Below are positions 62,896 through 64,000 of a DNA stretch of 64,000 nucleotides, in pieces. Source of the DNA: an uncultured delta proteobacterium (GTDB taxonomy: Bacteria; Desulfobacterota; Binatia; UBA9968). The stretch covers positions 1,088,001 through 1,152,000 of the forward strand of contig CAVYTU010000014.1 in the NCBI GenBank assembly GCA_963771465.1. The letters are read 5' to 3'. The number at the start of each line of letters is the position of its first letter. The first letter of the stretch is position 1. The notes under the pieces are model-generated. The model did not search any database. It saw only the letters and a list, made by a program, of their open reading frames with translations, and was not told the origin of the DNA. A program made the translations under genes and the position numbers.

Positions 62896-64000
62896 ATGTT
62901 GCGCGAGCTGCGGATCAAGAACTTCGCGGTCATCGACGAAGTTGTGCTCGACCTGGGGGCGGGGTTGAATATCATCACCGGCGAAACCGGCGCGGGGAAG
63001 TCGATTATCCTCAACGCCTTGGGGCTGATCTCCGGTGAGCGCGGCAGCTCGGATATCATCCGCCACAAGGAAGATGAAGCGACGGTGGAAGCGCTCTTCG
63101 ATGGTTTGCCGACGGCGATCGAGGCGAAGCTCGCCGAGGCAGGATTCGCGGCCGACGGCGAGTTAGTCATCAAGCGCATTCTCAATCGTTCAGGAAAAAA
63201 TCGGATCTATCTCAACGGCAGTCTTTGTCCGCTCAATGTCCTCGCCGAAATTGGCAGTTCGCTCGTTCATATCTACGGCCAGCATGAGCACCACACCTTG
63301 CTTCAGCCGGAAACGCATTTGAACTTGCTCGATGCTTTCGCCGACTTGGCCGACCGCGGCGTGTCCATGCGCGAGCACTTCAACAAACTCTCCAGCGCCT
63401 GGCATGAGCTTAACGCCAGCCGTGATTCGTTGGAAAAACGGCGCCGCGAAAGAGCATTGCTCGAAGCTCAAGCAGAGGAGATCGCGCGGGCGCGTTTGCA
63501 GGCCGGCGAAGAGGAGGAACTCAAGGCGCGCAAAAATATTTTGGCCCACGCCGAGAAGCTGCATCAGGGCAGCCGCGAGGGTGAAGAACTGTTGTACGAA
63601 GGCGAAGCCGCGCTGGTCGGGCGCCTAGGGAAATACGCCGTGCGGCTGCGGGAATTAGCTGCCATCGATCCGAATTTGCAGCCGACGTTGGAGTTGATCG
63701 ATTCTTCCTTGGCCCAGCTGCAAGAAGCGGCGGCGCAATTGCGCCGTTACGCCGGCCATAGCCATTTCGATCCGCGAGCGTTGGAACAATTGGAAGATCG
63801 GTTGGCGGAAATCCAACGGTTGAGGCGAAAATACAACGCCGATTTCGACGAACTGCTCCGCTTGCGCGGCGAGATCGAAAATAGTCTGACGAATTTGGAC
63901 CAGGGCGAAGAGCGGATCGCGGCCTTGGAAAAGGAATTTGCCGCGGCACGCCGATCGGCATGGGATTTCGCCGAAAAGCTTTCCAATGACCGGCAGCGGG
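62896..64000 (+). CDS. recN: DNA repair protein RecN (runs off the window end)
   Basis: Read directly: MLRELRIKNFAVIDEVVLDLGAGLNIITGETGAGKSII...IYGQHEHH; follows nadK; absent from the ORF track because it has no stop in the window. Confidence 0.93.
   Translation, partial: MLRELRIKNFAVIDEVVLDLGAGLNIITGETGAGKSIILNALGLISGERGSSDIIRHKEDEATVEALFDGLPTAIEAKLAEAGFAADGELVIKRILNRSGKNRIYLNGSLCPLNVLAEIGSSLVHIYGQHEHHTLLQPETHLNLLDAFADLADRGVSMREHFNKLSSAWHELNASRDSLEKRRRERALLEAQAEEIARARLQAGEEEELKARKNILAHAEKLHQGSREGEELLYEGEAALVGRLGKYAVRLRELAAIDPNLQPTLELIDSSLAQLQEAAAQLRRYAGHSHFDPRALEQLEDRLAEIQRLRRKYNADFDELLRLRGEIENSLTNLDQGEERIAALEKEFAAARRSAWDFAEKLSNDRQR

Overview
A GC-rich bacterial chromosomal segment with about 58 genes. 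The gene repertoire suggests a deltaproteobacterium-like lineage such as Ca. Binatia (inference only). It is mostly housekeeping: amgK/murU, a split NAD synthetase, rsmI, ligA, an opp-type ABC system, greA, a MoxR-DUF58-VWA operon, a MazEF-type TA pair, era-der, dprA-topA-trmFO, HU, ilvE, phnDC...E and nadK-recN (partial). No rRNA, tRNA, CRISPR array or transposase was seen. Five signals stand out beyond the ORF track. (1) A small glutaredoxin-like gene has an apparent UGA stop followed by two codons, a TAA and a GGUC-loop SECIS-like hairpin, so it is probably a selenoprotein. (2) A compositionally foreign, alphaproteobacterial-looking ligA sits directly upstream of a collapsed remnant of a second ligA 3' end, suggesting in-situ xenologous replacement. 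(3) A cNMP-gated patatin plus back-to-back decayed CHAT and class III cyclase fragments interrupts the phn operon. (4) Degenerate 7/8/9-mer tandem arrays recur at gene junctions, often as inverted pairs. (5) greA has a promoter-terminator leader. All calls come from reading the sequence by eye; no searches or computations were run.
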